A stretch of 64,000 nt of DNA. Source: Burkholderiales bacterium (lineage in GTDB: Bacteria > Pseudomonadota > Gammaproteobacteria > Burkholderiales > SG8-41). The stretch spans positions 56,929 through 120,928 of the forward strand of contig JAIETP010000015.1 in the NCBI GenBank assembly GCA_019744975.1, written 5' to 3'. The position numbers and the translations under genes were made by a program. Shown in pieces: positions 20,070-30,930 of this stretch. The notes under the pieces are model-generated. The model made no database searches and was not told the origin of the DNA. It was given only the letters and a program-made list of their open reading frames with translations. Position 1 is the first letter of the stretch; each line of letters opens with the position of its first letter.

Positions 20070-20738
20070 TCAGAACCACTTGCCGTTGCGAATAACGCCG
20101 ACGGCGATACCTTCGATTTCCAGGGGATCCCGTTTCAGGTCCACCACGATTGGTTTGAAATCCGGATTTTCGGCAATCAGCTCAACCGTATTGCGATTGC
20201 GCTGGATGCGTTTGACGGTGACTTCGTCATGCAGGCGGGCAACAACGATCTGCCCCGATTTGAAATGCGGAGTGCGGTGTATTGCCAGCAGGTCGCCCTC
20301 GAGGATTCCGGCATCGCGCATGCTCATGCCGCGTACCCGCAGCAGGTAATCGGCGGCCGGTTCAAACATGGCGGGATCGACGCGGTAGCGCTGCTCGACG
20401 TTTTGTTCCGCGAGCATCGGGCTGCCGGCGGCGACTCGTCCAACCACGGGCAGGCTGTCCTGTTGCTGGGTCAGGCGGATGCCGCGTGATGCGCCGGAAG
20501 TCATGACAATGACGCCTTTGCGTTCCAGTGCCCGCAGGTGGGTCTCGGCGGCATTCGGTGAACTGAAACCCATGGCGCTGCAGATTTCTGCGCGCGTTGG
20601 CGGGAATCCCGACTCTTCAACATGGGCCTCGATCAGGCGCAGGATTTCTGTCTGACGGGAGGTCAGCGGCCTTTGATTATCGGCCAGAGGTTCGGTCAGG
20701 TTTCCGGCTTGGTTTCCGGTTTGGTTTTCATTATCCAT
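20070..20738 (-). CDS. lexA: LexA repressor (S24 peptidase) with an N-terminal extension of about 25 aa
   Basis: ..[12 protein letters not shown].. winged-helix region plus a C-terminal S24 domain (..[23 protein letters not shown]). An SOS box lies upstream. Confidence 0.95.
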   Translation of the reverse strand: MDNENQTGNQAGNLTEPLADNQRPLTSRQTEILRLIEAHVEESGFPPTRAEICSAMGFSSPNAAETHLRALERKGVIVMTSGASRGIRLTQQQDSLPVVGRVAAGSPMLAEQNVEQRYRVDPAMFEPAADYLLRVRGMSMRDAGILEGDLLAIHRTPHFKSGQIVVARLHDEVTVKRIQRNRNTVELIAENPDFKPIVVDLKRDPLEIEGIAVGVIRNGKWF

Positions 20739-20740
20739 GA

Positions 20741-20756
20741 CTGTAATTATATACAG
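20741..20756 (-). promoter_or_regulatory. SOS box (LexA operator) with an embedded -10 hexamer
   Basis: In gene sense, CTGTATATAATTACAG (CTGT-N8-ACAG) contains TATAAT and lies 2 nt upstream of the lexA ATG. Confidence 0.85.
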
Positions 20757-20880
20757 TCATTTGCAATGCGCAATAGAGCGCATGCGCAAAACCGGAATTT
20801 ATTGCATTTTAATCGATTAACTTATTGTATTAAAAGAATATTATTGATCCTGAGCTTAATGCCGAAGTCAAGTCAGGTTA

Positions 20881-20909
20881 TTGGACGAATTCCGTTTTAT
20901 TGTTATACT
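20881..20909 (+). promoter_or_regulatory. Sigma70-type promoter of the rimP-nusA-infB operon
   Basis: TTGGAC, a 17-nt spacer, then TATACT. Confidence 0.55.
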
Positions 20910-20944
20910 TCATAGTTCTGTGAAACGGATTGGGCAGCGCACAC

Positions 20945-20974
20945 GGATGGGCGGATCGCCCATTTTTTGTTTGT
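20945..20974 (+). terminator. Intrinsic terminator/attenuator in the rimP-nusA leader
   Basis: ATGGGCG-gat-CGCCCAT followed by TTTTTTGTTTG. It ends 14 nt before the rimP ATG. Confidence 0.6.
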
Positions 20975-20988
20975 GCGGCTGATTTTGC

Positions 20989-21417
20989 ATGGATTTGCAG
21001 GGTTTGCTTGAAAAAACGCTGGCCGGACTCGGCTACGAACTGGTGGAACTTGAGCGTTCGACCAAGGGCGGGCTGTTGCGTGTTTTTATCGACAAATCCG
21101 GCGGCATCAATGTTGATGACTGCGCCCTGGTGAGCAATCATCTGGGCCGGTGGCTTGCAGTGGAGAATGTCGGTTACGAACGTCTGGAAGTATCGTCGCC
21201 GGGACTGGACAGGCCGCTGCGCACGGCAAAGGATTTTGCGCGATTCAGCGGGCAAAAGGCACGGTTGAAGTTGCGTGTTCCGCTGGCAGGACAACGTAAT
21301 TTTGTCGGTGTGCTGCGTGATACCGAAGCAGGCAAAGTGGGTCTGGAAGTCGACGGGCAGCTGCTGTCGCTGGATCTGGGCAATGTGGATAAGGCGCGGC
21401 TGGTGCCGGTGCTTTGA
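20989..21417 (+). CDS. rimP: Ribosome maturation factor RimP
   Basis: ..[25 protein letters not shown].. motif, and the position upstream of nusA. Confidence 0.92.
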   Translation: MDLQGLLEKTLAGLGYELVELERSTKGGLLRVFIDKSGGINVDDCALVSNHLGRWLAVENVGYERLEVSSPGLDRPLRTAKDFARFSGQKARLKLRVPLAGQRNFVGVLRDTEAGKVGLEVDGQLLSLDLGNVDKARLVPVL

Positions 21418-21430
21418 GCGGGAGACGGAA

Positions 21431-22915
21431 ATGAATCGTGAAATTCTGTTGTTGGTTGACGCGCTGGCGCGCGAAAAGAACGTCGACAAGGAAATCGTGT
21501 TCGGCGCGCTTGAACTCGCCCTGGCTTCGGCGGCCAAAAAGAAGTTCACCGAGGACGTCGATGTCCGCGCTTCGGTAGACCGCACCACGGGTGAGTTTTC
21601 CTTTTTCCGCCGCTGGGAAGTGGTGAAAAACGAGGAAATCGAGGTCCCGTCGCGCCAGTACAAGCTGCACGAGGCGCAGGAAGAAGATCCGGAATTCGAA
21701 GTCGGTGAATTTGTCGAAGAACCGCTCGACGGCATGGAAGTCGGCCGCATCGGCGCGCAGACGGCAAAACAGGTCATCGTGCAAAAAATCCGCGACGCTG
21801 AACGCGAACAGATCCTCAACGATTTCCTCGCGCGCAAGGAACATCTGGTCACCGGAGTCATCAAACGCATGGAACGCGGCAATGCCATCGTTGAATCCGG
21901 ACGCCTGGAAGCCATGTTGCCGCGCGACCAGATGATCCCCAAGGAAAATCTGCGTCTGGGCGACCGTGTACGTGCTTACGTCTGGAAAGTCGACCGGCTG
22001 GCGCGAGGCCCGCACCTGATCCTGTCGCGGACCGCACCGGAATTCATCGCCAAACTGTTCGAACTCGAAGTACCGGAAATCGAAGAAGGCTTGCTCGAGA
22101 TCAAGGGCGCCGCGCGCGATCCCGGCTCGCGGGCCAAGATTGCCGTGCATTCCAAGGATGCGCGCATCGATCCGATCGGCACCTGCGTCGGCATGCGCGG
22201 TTCGCGCGTGCAGGCGGTGACCGCCGAACTGGCGCAGGAGCGTGTCGACATCGTGCTGTGGAATCCGGATCCGGCGCAGTTTGTGATCAATGCCCTGGCG
22301 CCGGCGGAAGTCAGCAGCATTGTCGTCGATGAAGAAAAACACAGCATGGACATCGTTGTTGACGAGGAAAACCTGGCGCAGGCGATCGGCCGCAGCGGGC
22401 AGAATGTCCGGCTGGCGGGCGAGTTGACCGGCTGGGAACTGAACCTGATGACCGAGGTTGACGCGAAGAAAAAGAGCGAGGAAGAAACCTCGCGTACACG
22501 CGCGGAATTCATGGAAAAGCTGGACGTTGACGAGGAAGTGGCTGAGATCCTGGTGCAGGAGGGTTTTGCAACGCTGGAAGAAGTCGCTTATGTGCCGCTC
22601 ACCGAGATGCTGGAAATCGAGTCATTTGACGAAGCCACTGTCAATGAACTGCGCAGCCGCGCCCGCAATGCGCTGCTGACACAAGCCATCGCCAGCGAGG
22701 AAAAAGTCGAGCATGACATCGAAGACCTGCTGAAGGTCGAGGGCATGGATAACGATACGGCGCGGTTGCTGGCTTCGAAAGGCATCGCTACGCAGGAAGA
22801 TCTCGCTGACTACGCGACGGACGATCTTGTGGAACTGACCGCGCTCGATACAGAGCGCGCCAAAACGCTCATCATGGCGGCTCGTGCGCCTTGGTTCGCT
22901 GAAACCAGCGCTTGA
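21431..22915 (+). CDS. nusA: Transcription termination/antitermination factor NusA
   Basis: Start [18 protein letters not shown] at 21431 after GGAGA. S1, KH and C-terminal acidic repeat domains are present. Confidence 0.97.
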   Translation: MNREILLLVDALAREKNVDKEIVFGALELALASAAKKKFTEDVDVRASVDRTTGEFSFFRRWEVVKNEEIEVPSRQYKLHEAQEEDPEFEVGEFVEEPLDGMEVGRIGAQTAKQVIVQKIRDAEREQILNDFLARKEHLVTGVIKRMERGNAIVESGRLEAMLPRDQMIPKENLRLGDRVRAYVWKVDRLARGPHLILSRTAPEFIAKLFELEVPEIEEGLLEIKGAARDPGSRAKIAVHSKDARIDPIGTCVGMRGSRVQAVTAELAQERVDIVLWNPDPAQFVINALAPAEVSSIVVDEEKHSMDIVVDEENLAQAIGRSGQNVRLAGELTGWELNLMTEVDAKKKSEEETSRTRAEFMEKLDVDEEVAEILVQEGFATLEEVAYVPLTEMLEIESFDEATVNELRSRARNALLTQAIASEEKVEHDIEDLLKVEGMDNDTARLLASKGIATQEDLADYATDDLVELTALDTERAKTLIMAARAPWFAETSA

Positions 22916-22943
22916 GATCATAAAAGTCAAAAAGTAATCATCA

Positions 22944-25493
22944 ATGGCCCAGATTAAAGTCAAAGAGTTTGCCCAGGAATTGGGGCTGCAGCCGGAACTG
23001 CTCCTTGAGCAGTTGCGCGCTGCCGGCGTGAAAAAGGCGCTGACTGACGACGCCGCACTGACCGAAAAAGACAAGACCCAGCTGCTCGACTATCTGCGCG
23101 AGGCGCATGGTGCCAAGGAAGGCAAGCAGAAGATCACGTTGACTCGCCGGCAAACGACTGAAATCAAGAAGGCTGATGCAACAACTGGCAAGGCCCGGAC
23201 GATTCAGGTCGAGGTGCGCAAGAAGCGCGTGTTGATCAAGCGTGATGCAGTGGAACCGGAAAAGGTCGAGGAACAGCCGCAAGCGGTCAAACCCATCATT
23301 GATGCCGCAGAAATTGCCGCCCGCGAAGCCGAAGCCAAACAGCACGCAGAACTTGCCTCGCGTCAGGCCGAAGACGCCGCAAAGAAGCAGGAAAAACGCA
23401 AAAAAGCCCAGGTTGTCGCCGAAGCTGCCGTAGAAACGCCCAAGGCTCCGCCCGTTGCGGTTCCGGCAACCGCGACTGCGGAAACAGAAGCGGTGGTCGA
23501 AGGCACGATACACAAACCCGCCGTGCCGGCCAGCGATGCTGCCAGCAAAGCGAAAAAGGGCGCCAAAAAACCGGTCAAGCAGGTTGTCTGGCAGGACCCG
23601 ACGGCGCGCAAGCGCAGCATCAAAACGCGTGGCGACGCCACCGGCGGTCTCGGCTGGCGCGAACGCAAGGTGCATCGCACCACTCACAAGCAGGATGGCG
23701 ACCAACAGCACGGTTTTATGGCGCCGACCGAGCCGGTGGTGCGCGACGTCATGGTGCCGGAAACCATTACCGTCGGAGAACTCGCACACAAAATGTCGCT
23801 CAAGGCCGCCGAGTTGATCAAGACGCTGATGAAGCTGGGCACGATGGCGACCATCAACCAGGTTCTCGACCAGGACACCGCGATCATTCTCGTCGAAGAA
23901 ATGGGCCACACCGCCAAACGCGCCAAACTCGATGAACCCGATGCCTTCCTTGCGGAATCAGCCGGACAGTCCGAGGTCAAGTCTGAGTCACGCGCGCCCG
24001 TGGTAACCGTGATGGGCCATGTTGACCACGGCAAGACCTCTTTGCTCGATTACATCCGGCGTACACGGGTCGCCAGTGGCGAGGCTGGCGGCATTACCCA
24101 GCACATTGGTGCGTACCACGTGGAAACGCCGCGCGGGATGATTACTTTTCTCGATACGCCCGGGCACGAAGCATTCACGGCCATGCGCGCCCGCGGTGCA
24201 AAAGTGACCGATCTGGTCATTCTGGTGGTGGCGGCCGATGACGGCGTGATGCCCCAGACCGCGGAAGCCATTCATCACGCAAAAGCCGGGAACGTGCCGA
24301 TCATTGTCGCGCTGAACAAGATCGACAAGCCGGAAGCCAACGCGGAGCGCGTCAAGCAGGATCTCGCCTCGCGCGAAGTGGTTCCCGAAGAGTGGGGCGG
24401 CGATACCATGTTCGTTGAAGTGTCGGCCAAGACCGGGCAGGGCATCGACAGCCTGCTCGAACGAATTCTGCTGCAGGCTGAAGTGCTGGAATTAAAAGCG
24501 CCGCGCGATGCGCCGGCAAAAGGCATCGTCGTCGAATCACGCCTGGACAAGGGGCGGGGCCCGGTGGCAACCGTGCTGATCCAGTCAGGCACTCTGAAAC
24601 GGGGTGATATCGTGCTCGCCGGTTCGGTATTCGGCCGCGTACGGGCCTTGCTGGACGAAGCCGGAAAAACCATCGAGTCCGCGGGCCCGTCCATTCCGGT
24701 GGAAGTGCTCGGGTTATCTGAGGTGCCGGCAGCCGGCGCCGAAGTCATGGTGCTCGGAGACGAGCGCAAGGCACGAGAAATCGCGCTGTTCCGCCAGGGC
24801 AAATTCCGTGACGTGAAACTGGCCAAGCAGCATGCCGCAAAACTCGAAAACATGTTCGAGCAGATGGGCGAGGGAGAAGTCAAAACCCTGTCGCTGATCA
24901 TCAAGGCGGATGTGCAGGGTTCCTTCGAGGGGCTGGCGCATGCACTGGGTAAACTTTCTACCGAAGAAGTAAAAGTGAATATCGTGCACTCTGCCGTCGG
25001 CGGCATCACCGAATCCGACGTCAATCTCGCGCTTGCCTCGAAGGCGGTGATCATCGGCTTCAATGCCCGTGCCGACGGCATGGCGCGCAAACTGGCCGAG
25101 AGCAGTGGCGTCGATATCCGTTATTACAACGTGATTTACGACGCTGTTGATGAAATCAAGGCGGCACTGACCGGCATGCTTTCACCGGAGCGCAAGGAAA
25201 GCGCAGTCGGCCTGGTCGAAATCCGCCAGGTTTTCCGCATTTCAAAAGTGGGTGCTGTCGCCGGCTGTTATGTGCTTGAAGGTATGATTCGCCGAGGTTC
25301 AAAAGTGCGGCTGCTCCGCGACAACGTCGTGATCCACGAAGGCGAACTCGATTCGTTGAAACGTTTCAAAGACGATGCGCGCGAGGTCAAGGCCGGATTC
25401 GAATGCGGCCTGTCCCTCAAGAACTTCAATGACATCAAGGAAGGCGACCAACTGGAAGTCTTCGAGGTTGTCGAAGTCGCGAGGACTTTGTAA
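22944..25493 (+). CDS. infB: Translation initiation factor IF-2
   Basis: 849 aa with a GTPase domain ([24 protein letters not shown]). Confidence 0.98.
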   Translation: MAQIKVKEFAQELGLQPELLLEQLRAAGVKKALTDDAALTEKDKTQLLDYLREAHGAKEGKQKITLTRRQTTEIKKADATTGKARTIQVEVRKKRVLIKRDAVEPEKVEEQPQAVKPIIDAAEIAAREAEAKQHAELASRQAEDAAKKQEKRKKAQVVAEAAVETPKAPPVAVPATATAETEAVVEGTIHKPAVPASDAASKAKKGAKKPVKQVVWQDPTARKRSIKTRGDATGGLGWRERKVHRTTHKQDGDQQHGFMAPTEPVVRDVMVPETITVGELAHKMSLKAAELIKTLMKLGTMATINQVLDQDTAIILVEEMGHTAKRAKLDEPDAFLAESAGQSEVKSESRAPVVTVMGHVDHGKTSLLDYIRRTRVASGEAGGITQHIGAYHVETPRGMITFLDTPGHEAFTAMRARGAKVTDLVILVVAADDGVMPQTAEAIHHAKAGNVPIIVALNKIDKPEANAERVKQDLASREVVPEEWGGDTMFVEVSAKTGQGIDSLLERILLQAEVLELKAPRDAPAKGIVVESRLDKGRGPVATVLIQSGTLKRGDIVLAGSVFGRVRALLDEAGKTIESAGPSIPVEVLGLSEVPAAGAEVMVLGDERKAREIALFRQGKFRDVKLAKQHAAKLENMFEQMGEGEVKTLSLIIKADVQGSFEGLAHALGKLSTEEVKVNIVHSAVGGITESDVNLALASKAVIIGFNARADGMARKLAESSGVDIRYYNVIYDAVDEIKAALTGMLSPERKESAVGLVEIRQVFRISKVGAVAGCYVLEGMIRRGSKVRLLRDNVVIHEGELDSLKRFKDDAREVKAGFECGLSLKNFNDIKEGDQLEVFEVVEVARTL

Positions 25494-25553
25494 CGCAGCA
25501 CCGGATTATTGTCCGGACCGGCGGCATGCCGCTGGTTGCAGATCGGGTATCAC

Positions 25554-25928
25554 ATGCCTAAAGATTTTTCCCGCGGACGGCGCATCGCCGATCAGATCCA
25601 GCGCGAGTTGTCCGAAATCATCCGGCTCGAACTCAAGGATCCGCGCGTCGATCTGATCACCATCACCGATGTCGAGGTCACGCAGGACAACGCGCACGCC
25701 AAGATATTTTTTACCGCGCTCGGCGAGCCTGTGCAGCAGGAAGCCGCCACCAAGGCGCTTAATCATGCCGCAGGTTTTTTGCGCAGCGCGCTGGCAAAAA
25801 GCATCAAGTTGCGCACCGTTCCCCAACTGCATTTTCACTACGACATTTCGGTGGAGCGCGGCGTACGGCTGTCGAAACTCATCGACGACGCGGTCTCTGG
25901 AACAGGCGCGGACAAAAAGCGGCCGTGA
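25554..25928 (+). CDS. rbfA: Ribosome-binding factor A
   Basis: MPKDFSRGRRIADQIQREL.., the canonical RbfA N-terminus. Confidence 0.93.
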   Translation: MPKDFSRGRRIADQIQRELSEIIRLELKDPRVDLITITDVEVTQDNAHAKIFFTALGEPVQQEAATKALNHAAGFLRSALAKSIKLRTVPQLHFHYDISVERGVRLSKLIDDAVSGTGADKKRP

Positions 25929-26878
25929 TGGCAGCCGTCCCCAACCGTGCCGTGGTTGACGGCGTGTTGCTGCTCAACAAACCCCGGGGACTGACTTCCC
26001 AGCAGGCCGTATCACGTGCCAAACGGCTTTTTCAGGCGCGCAAAGCAGGCCATACCGGGACGCTGGATCCACTGGCGGACGGGTTGCTGCCGATCGGCCT
26101 GGGCGAGGCCACCAAATTCTCGCAATTTTTGCTGGACGCGGACAAACGTTATCGGGCAACGCTGCGCTTGGGCATCGTCACCACAACCGGCGATGCCGAA
26201 GGCGACATCATCAGCGAGCAGCCAGTGGCCGTGACCCTGCCACAAGTCACCGCGGTGTTGCGGCGTTTTGTCGGGTCGTTACAGCAGGTTCCGCCCATGC
26301 ATGCCGCCATCAAAGTGGCGGGTAAGCCCCTGTATGCCTACGCGCGGGCCGGTCAAACCTTAACGCGCGAGCCTCGGTCCATTGTTATAAATGATATACA
26401 AATACTTGATTTTATTGATAAAAATTTGATTCTGCGGGTATCCTGCAGCAAAGGTACTTACATCCGGGTGCTGGCCGAGGACATAGGCGCCGCCTTGGGC
26501 TGTGGTGCCCACCTGACTGCGCTGACGCGGGAAGGTGCCGGCCCCCTGGATCTGGCAAATAGCGTATCCATAGCCGACCTGGAAGGCATGACCATGGCGC
26601 ATCGGCTGGAACGGCTGCTGCCGCTGGAGACGTTTGCAGCTGGTTTGCGCCGCCAGGATGTCACGGCAGACGATGAGCGCCGGATATTCAGCGGGCAGCG
26701 CGTGGATTTCGGGGGAGGCGCAGTGCCGGGCCTGTGCCGCTTATACGGGGCTGCAGGCGTGTTTTTTGGCATTGGAGAGGTGGCGGCAGGAATCCTGACG
26801 GCGCGACGCCTGGTCACCCAGCCAGCGCCAACGGTTCCGGGTCAAAACGGCTTGAGTAATCCGGTAGTTACGGGGTAA
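25925..26878 (+). CDS. truB: tRNA pseudouridine(55) synthase TruB
   Basis: ..GHTGTLDPLADGLLPI.. and ..CSKGTYIR.. motifs. Its start overlaps the rbfA stop. Confidence 0.95.
   Translation: MMAAVPNRAVVDGVLLLNKPRGLTSQQAVSRAKRLFQARKAGHTGTLDPLADGLLPIGLGEATKFSQFLLDADKRYRATLRLGIVTTTGDAEGDIISEQPVAVTLPQVTAVLRRFVGSLQQVPPMHAAIKVAGKPLYAYARAGQTLTREPRSIVINDIQILDFIDKNLILRVSCSKGTYIRVLAEDIGAALGCGAHLTALTREGAGPLDLANSVSIADLEGMTMAHRLERLLPLETFAAGLRRQDVTADDERRIFSGQRVDFGGGAVPGLCRLYGAAGVFFGIGEVAAGILTARRLVTQPAPTVPGQNGLSNPVVTG
26396..26427 (+). repeat. AT-rich dispersed repeat, core copy, inside the truB coding sequence
   Basis: atacaaatacttgattttattgataaaaattt. It encodes ..IQILDFIDKNL.. Confidence 0.85.
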
Positions 26879-26910
26879 AATAACGCGATTTTTCGTCGGA
26901 GATAGAAGAC

Positions 26911-27180
26911 ATGGCTGTAACCACTGCCCAGAAGGCGCAGGTTCTGCAGGATTTCCAGCGTGCCAAGGGCGACACGGGTTCGCCCGAAGTCCAGATCGCG
27001 CTGCTGACCGCACGCATCACGGATCTGACCGAGCATTTCAAAGCGCACAGCAAGGATCACCATTCCCGCCGCGGTTTGCTGCGGATGGTCAGCACGCGCC
27101 GTAAACTGCTGGATTATCTGAAAAGAACCAAAGCCGAACAGTACAAGGCGCTGATCGAGCGTCTTGGCCTGCGCAAGTAA
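26911..27180 (+). CDS. rpsO: 30S ribosomal protein S15
   Basis: 89 aa; ..[23 protein letters not shown]... Confidence 0.97.
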   Translation: MAVTTAQKAQVLQDFQRAKGDTGSPEVQIALLTARITDLTEHFKAHSKDHHSRRGLLRMVSTRRKLLDYLKRTKAEQYKALIERLGLRK

Positions 27181-27303
27181 TCTTGGCAAATAAGCAGGCG
27201 CATGCAGGTCTGTAATGCCAGCGTCCGTGCGTATTCCGCACGGCGCATGGTCGGCAAGCCGGCGCTGGGGAGCGTCGGCGTCTAGACTTTATTGATCCTC
27301 CGG

Positions 27304-27333
27304 AAGACCGCGTGTGCGGTCTTTTTGTTTTTG
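27304..27333 (+). terminator. rpsO terminator / hairpin in the pnp leader
   Basis: AAGACCGC-gtgt-GCGGTCTT followed by TTTGTTTTTG. Confidence 0.75.
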
Positions 27334-27375
27334 AGCACAGAAAATTAAAGCAATACAGAGAAAAGGAAATTCATA

Positions 27376-29490
27376 GTGAATCCCGTTAAAAAAACATTGA
27401 TGTGGGGTCGCCACCAGCTGACGCTGGAGACCGGCGAAATCGCGCGCCAGGCTTCCGGCGCGGTCATGGTCACCATGGAAGACACGGTAGTGCTGGTCAC
27501 CGTTGTCGGTGCACGCAACGCAAAACCGGGGCAGGATTTTTTCCCGCTGACCGTCGATTACCAGGAACGCACTTACGCCGCGGGCAAGATTCCCGGCGGA
27601 TTTTTCCGTCGCGAAGGCCGCCCGTCAGAGAAGGAAATCCTGACCAGCCGGCTGATTGATCGCCCGATCCGCCCGTTGTTCCCCGAAGGTTTTTACAATG
27701 AAGTTCAGATCATCGCCACGGTGATGTCCTCGAACAACGAAATCGATTCTGACATTCCGGCCATGGTCGGCGCATCCGCAGCACTGGCGCTCTCCGGCAT
27801 GCCGTTTGACGGCCCGATCGGCGCCGCGCGGGTGGGTTACAGCGATGGCCAGTACATCCTCAATCCGACTGCCACCGAGCTGAAGACTTCGCAGATGGAT
27901 CTGGTGGTTGCCGGCACACAACAGGCGGTGCTGATGGTCGAATCCGAAGCCCAGCAACTGTCGGAAGACATCATGCTGGGTGCAGTCGTGTTCGGTCACG
28001 AACAACTGCGCACCGTCATCAACGCGATCAACGAAATGGTCGATGAAATTGGTGTGCCGGAGTACAACTGGGCGCCGCCGCAGAAAGACGAGCAGCTGAT
28101 TGCACGCATGGCACAGATCGCCGAGGCCGAACTGCGTCAGGCTTATCAAATCAAGCAGAAGCAGGCCCGCACCGTTCGCGTCAAGGAAATCAGCGCGAAG
28201 GTCATCGCTGAACTGCTGCCGGCGGATGCTTCGCCTGACCTGATCAATGCCGTCAAAAACGAACTGGGCAATCTCGAGGCGAAAATCGTCCGCAACCAGA
28301 TCCTCGACGGCGAACCGCGTATCGACGGCCGCGATACTCGTACCGTGCGTCCGATCACCATCCGCACCGGTGTATTGCCGCGCACCCATGGCTCGGCGCT
28401 GTTCACCCGTGGTGAAACCCAGGCCATCGTGGTCGCCACGCTGGGCACATCACGCGACGAGCAGATTGTCGACGCCCTGCAAGGCACCTACCGCGAACGT
28501 TTCATGCTGCACTACAACTTCCCCCCGTATTCGACCGGTGAAACCGGCCGTGTCGGCACACCGAAACGCCGCGAAATCGGCCATGGCCGTCTTGCCAAAC
28601 GCGCGCTGGTGGCGGTGTTGCCGTCGGCCGAGGAATTCGCCTATTCCATCCGTGTTGTTTCGGAAATCACCGAATCCAACGGTTCCAGCTCGATGGCATC
28701 GGTCTGCGGCGGCTGCCTGTCGCTGATGGACGCCGGTGTGCCGCTGAAGGCGCAGGTGGCTGGCATCGCAATGGGCCTGATCAAGGAAGGCAACCGTTTT
28801 GCAGTGTTGTCCGACATCCTCGGCGACGAGGATCATCTCGGCGACATGGATTTCAAGGTGGCCGGCACCGAGAACGGCGTTACGGCACTGCAGATGGACA
28901 TCAAGATCAACGGCATCACCAAGGAAATCATGCACGCCGCGCTGAGCCAGGCGCGTGAAGGCCGCCTGCACATCCTGGAGAAGATGGCCAGCGCGATCAA
29001 CGCTCCGCGAACAGAACTCTCAGCCTGGGCGCCGCGCATGATCACCATGAAAATCAAACCGGAAAAAATCCGCGACGTCATCGGCAAGGGCGGGGCAGTC
29101 ATCCGTGCCATTACCGAAGAGACCGGCACCACCATCGACATCCAGGACGACGGCACCGTGGTCATTGCCTGCGTATCTTCCGAAGGCGGCGAAAATGCCC
29201 GCAAACGCATCGAGGAGCTGACCGCTGATGTTGAAGTCGGCCGTATCTACGAAGGCACCGTGTTGAAGCTGCTGGATTTCGGCGCGATCGTCAGCGTACT
29301 GCCCGGTCGCGATGGCCTGCTGCATATCTCGCAGATCGCCAATGAGCGCGTCAACAGCGTGGCCGACCACCTCAAGGAAGGCCAGGCGGTGCGCGTCAAA
29401 GTCCTCGAAGCCGATGAAAAAGGACGTTTGCGTCTGTCGATGAAGGCAGTCGGTGCGCCGGCGGAAGCGCAGCCTGCGCAAGTGCAGTGA
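27376..29490 (+). CDS. pnp: Polyribonucleotide nucleotidyltransferase (PNPase)
   Basis: 704 aa with a GTG start, two RNase PH domains, and KH and S1 domains. Confidence 0.98.
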   Translation: MNPVKKTLMWGRHQLTLETGEIARQASGAVMVTMEDTVVLVTVVGARNAKPGQDFFPLTVDYQERTYAAGKIPGGFFRREGRPSEKEILTSRLIDRPIRPLFPEGFYNEVQIIATVMSSNNEIDSDIPAMVGASAALALSGMPFDGPIGAARVGYSDGQYILNPTATELKTSQMDLVVAGTQQAVLMVESEAQQLSEDIMLGAVVFGHEQLRTVINAINEMVDEIGVPEYNWAPPQKDEQLIARMAQIAEAELRQAYQIKQKQARTVRVKEISAKVIAELLPADASPDLINAVKNELGNLEAKIVRNQILDGEPRIDGRDTRTVRPITIRTGVLPRTHGSALFTRGETQAIVVATLGTSRDEQIVDALQGTYRERFMLHYNFPPYSTGETGRVGTPKRREIGHGRLAKRALVAVLPSAEEFAYSIRVVSEITESNGSSSMASVCGGCLSLMDAGVPLKAQVAGIAMGLIKEGNRFAVLSDILGDEDHLGDMDFKVAGTENGVTALQMDIKINGITKEIMHAALSQAREGRLHILEKMASAINAPRTELSAWAPRMITMKIKPEKIRDVIGKGGAVIRAITEETGTTIDIQDDGTVVIACVSSEGGENARKRIEELTADVEVGRIYEGTVLKLLDFGAIVSVLPGRDGLLHISQIANERVNSVADHLKEGQAVRVKVLEADEKGRLRLSMKAVGAPAEAQPAQVQ

Positions 29491-29528
29491 GTGGTTCAGG
29501 CCCGCGCCGGAGTTGATCCCGGCGCAAG

Positions 29529-29568
29529 GCAATAAAAAAAGGGAGCCCTTGGCTCCCTTTTTTATTGC
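29529..29568. terminator. Bidirectional Rho-independent terminator (pnp / dksA)
   Basis: GCAATAAAAAAAGGGAGCC-ctt-GGCTCCCTTTTTTATTGC. Confidence 0.88.
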
Positions 29569-29577
29569 TGCTGTTCT

Positions 29578-30003
29578 TTATTTGGCGACTTGGCGCTCGC
29601 GTAATTCATCCAGCGTCTTGCAGTCGATGCACAGGGTGGCGGTTGGCCGCGCTTCCAGCCGTTTGATGCCGATTTCCACACCGCATGAATTGCAGTAGCC
29701 GTAATCCTTGGCAATGATGAGGTTTATGGTTTCGTCGATTTTTTTGATCAATTTGCGTTCACGGTCGCGATTGCGCAATTCCAGCGACATGTCGGATTCC
29801 TGGCTGGCGCGGTCATTGGGGTCCGCAAAAATGGTGGCCTCGTCCTGCATCGTGTGGACGGTGCGGTCAATGTCCTGGGACAACTCCCGTTTCATTTCCT
29901 CAAGCATCTTGCGGAAATGCGCCAACTGCCGCGCATTCATGTATTCCTCTTTTGCCTTGGCAGGCTTGTATGCGGGGTAATTCTTGAGTATTTCAGTGGC
30001 CAT
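29578..30003 (-). CDS. dksA: RNA polymerase-binding transcription factor DksA
   Basis: Coiled-coil region with a DxxDxA tip and a C4 zinc finger (CNSCG..CIDC). Confidence 0.95.
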   Translation of the reverse strand: MATEILKNYPAYKPAKAKEEYMNARQLAHFRKMLEEMKRELSQDIDRTVHTMQDEATIFADPNDRASQESDMSLELRNRDRERKLIKKIDETINLIIAKDYGYCNSCGVEIGIKRLEARPTATLCIDCKTLDELRERQVAK

Positions 30004-30118
30004 GAGAGCGATTATGCGCTTAAAAAAAGAGCTTTAATAACAGAATTCGATACCCGTCGCAAGCAGACCAGCGGCGGTGTAACGGGCCGGGTGCGGACTT
30101 GGTTCAGGGTTCGCGGAA

Positions 30119-30148
30119 TTGACGCTTACGTCAGGGGCGGAGTATATT
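30119..30148 (+). promoter_or_regulatory. Candidate sigma70 promoter for the tRNA-Arg/tRNA-His pair
   Basis: TTGACG, a 17/18-nt spacer, then (G)TATATT, followed by a GC-rich discriminator (ACGCGCC). Confidence 0.45.
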
Positions 30149-30196
30149 ACGCGCCTTCGGTTCCGGCGGAACATTTTCCGGCATACCCGCTCGTTT

Positions 30197-30273
30197 GTGC
30201 CCGTAGCTCAATCGGATAGAGCACCGGCCTTCTAAGCCGGGGGTTGTGGGTTCGAGTCCCGCCGGGCGCGCCA
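30197..30273 (+). tRNA. tRNA-Arg (anticodon UCU)
   Basis: The cloverleaf was folded by hand: acceptor GTGCCCG/CGGGCGC, anticodon loop CTTCTAA, T-loop TTCGAGT, encoded CCA. Confidence 0.9.
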
Positions 30274-30302
30274 CAAATCAGCGTGTTTTAGTTTGCTTCG
30301 GT

Positions 30303-30379
30303 GGTGGCTGTAGCTCAGCTGGTAGAGTCCCGGATTGTGATTCCGGTTGTCGCGGGTTCGAGTCCCGTCAGCCACCCCA
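30303..30379 (+). tRNA. tRNA-His (anticodon GUG)
   Basis: Has the extra G at position -1, acceptor GTGGCTG/CAGCCAC, anticodon loop TTGTGAT, T-loop TTCGAGT and encoded CCA. Confidence 0.9.
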
Positions 30380-30422
30380 CACCATAGCTGTTTGGCGGCA
30401 TACCCGCAAAACCTGCAGTTCA

Positions 30423-30866
30423 CTATTTTGCACGTATCAGCCGCTGCTGTTCACGCTGCCACTCCCGGTCTTTTTCCGTATCCCGTTTATCGTGCTGTTT
30501 TTTGCCTTTGGCGAGCCCGATTTCCAGTTTGATCCTGCCTTTTGCGTAATGCAGGTTCAAGGGCACCAGGGTGTATCCCGCACGTTCCACGCTGCCGATC
30601 AGGCGGTTGATTTCCTCGGCATGCAGCAGCAGCTTGCGGGTCCGGGTGGGATCCGGCTGGACATGGGTGGAGGCGGCTGGCAAGGGGCTGATATGGCAGC
30701 CAATCAGGAACAATTCGGAGTTGCCGACGATTACGTATGCCTCTTTCAACTGCGCGCGCCCGGCCCGGATGGCTTTTACTTCCCAACCCTCCAAGGCAAT
30801 ACCCGCCTCAAAGCGCTGTTCGATAAAATAGTCGTAAAACGCCTTTTTGTTCTCAACGATACTCAT
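30423..30866 (-). CDS. smpB: SsrA-binding protein SmpB
   Basis: ..[26 protein letters not shown].. Confidence 0.96.
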   Translation of the reverse strand: MSIVENKKAFYDYFIEQRFEAGIALEGWEVKAIRAGRAQLKEAYVIVGNSELFLIGCHISPLPAASTHVQPDPTRTRKLLLHAEEINRLIGSVERAGYTLVPLNLHYAKGRIKLEIGLAKGKKQHDKRDTEKDREWQREQQRLIRAK

Positions 30867-30930
30867 TGCGCAGCCAAGTCATGACAAACCGTATTTTAAC
30901 CGGGCCGGACACGGCGCTGCCGATTCCCGT

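Noticed and set aside
30197-30379. A genomic island or prophage integrated at the tRNA-Arg/tRNA-His pair.
   Set aside because: There is no integrase, no phage genes and no visible duplicated tRNA 3' end. The flanking genes (dksA, smpB, ratA, rnfH) are core housekeeping genes in conserved order.
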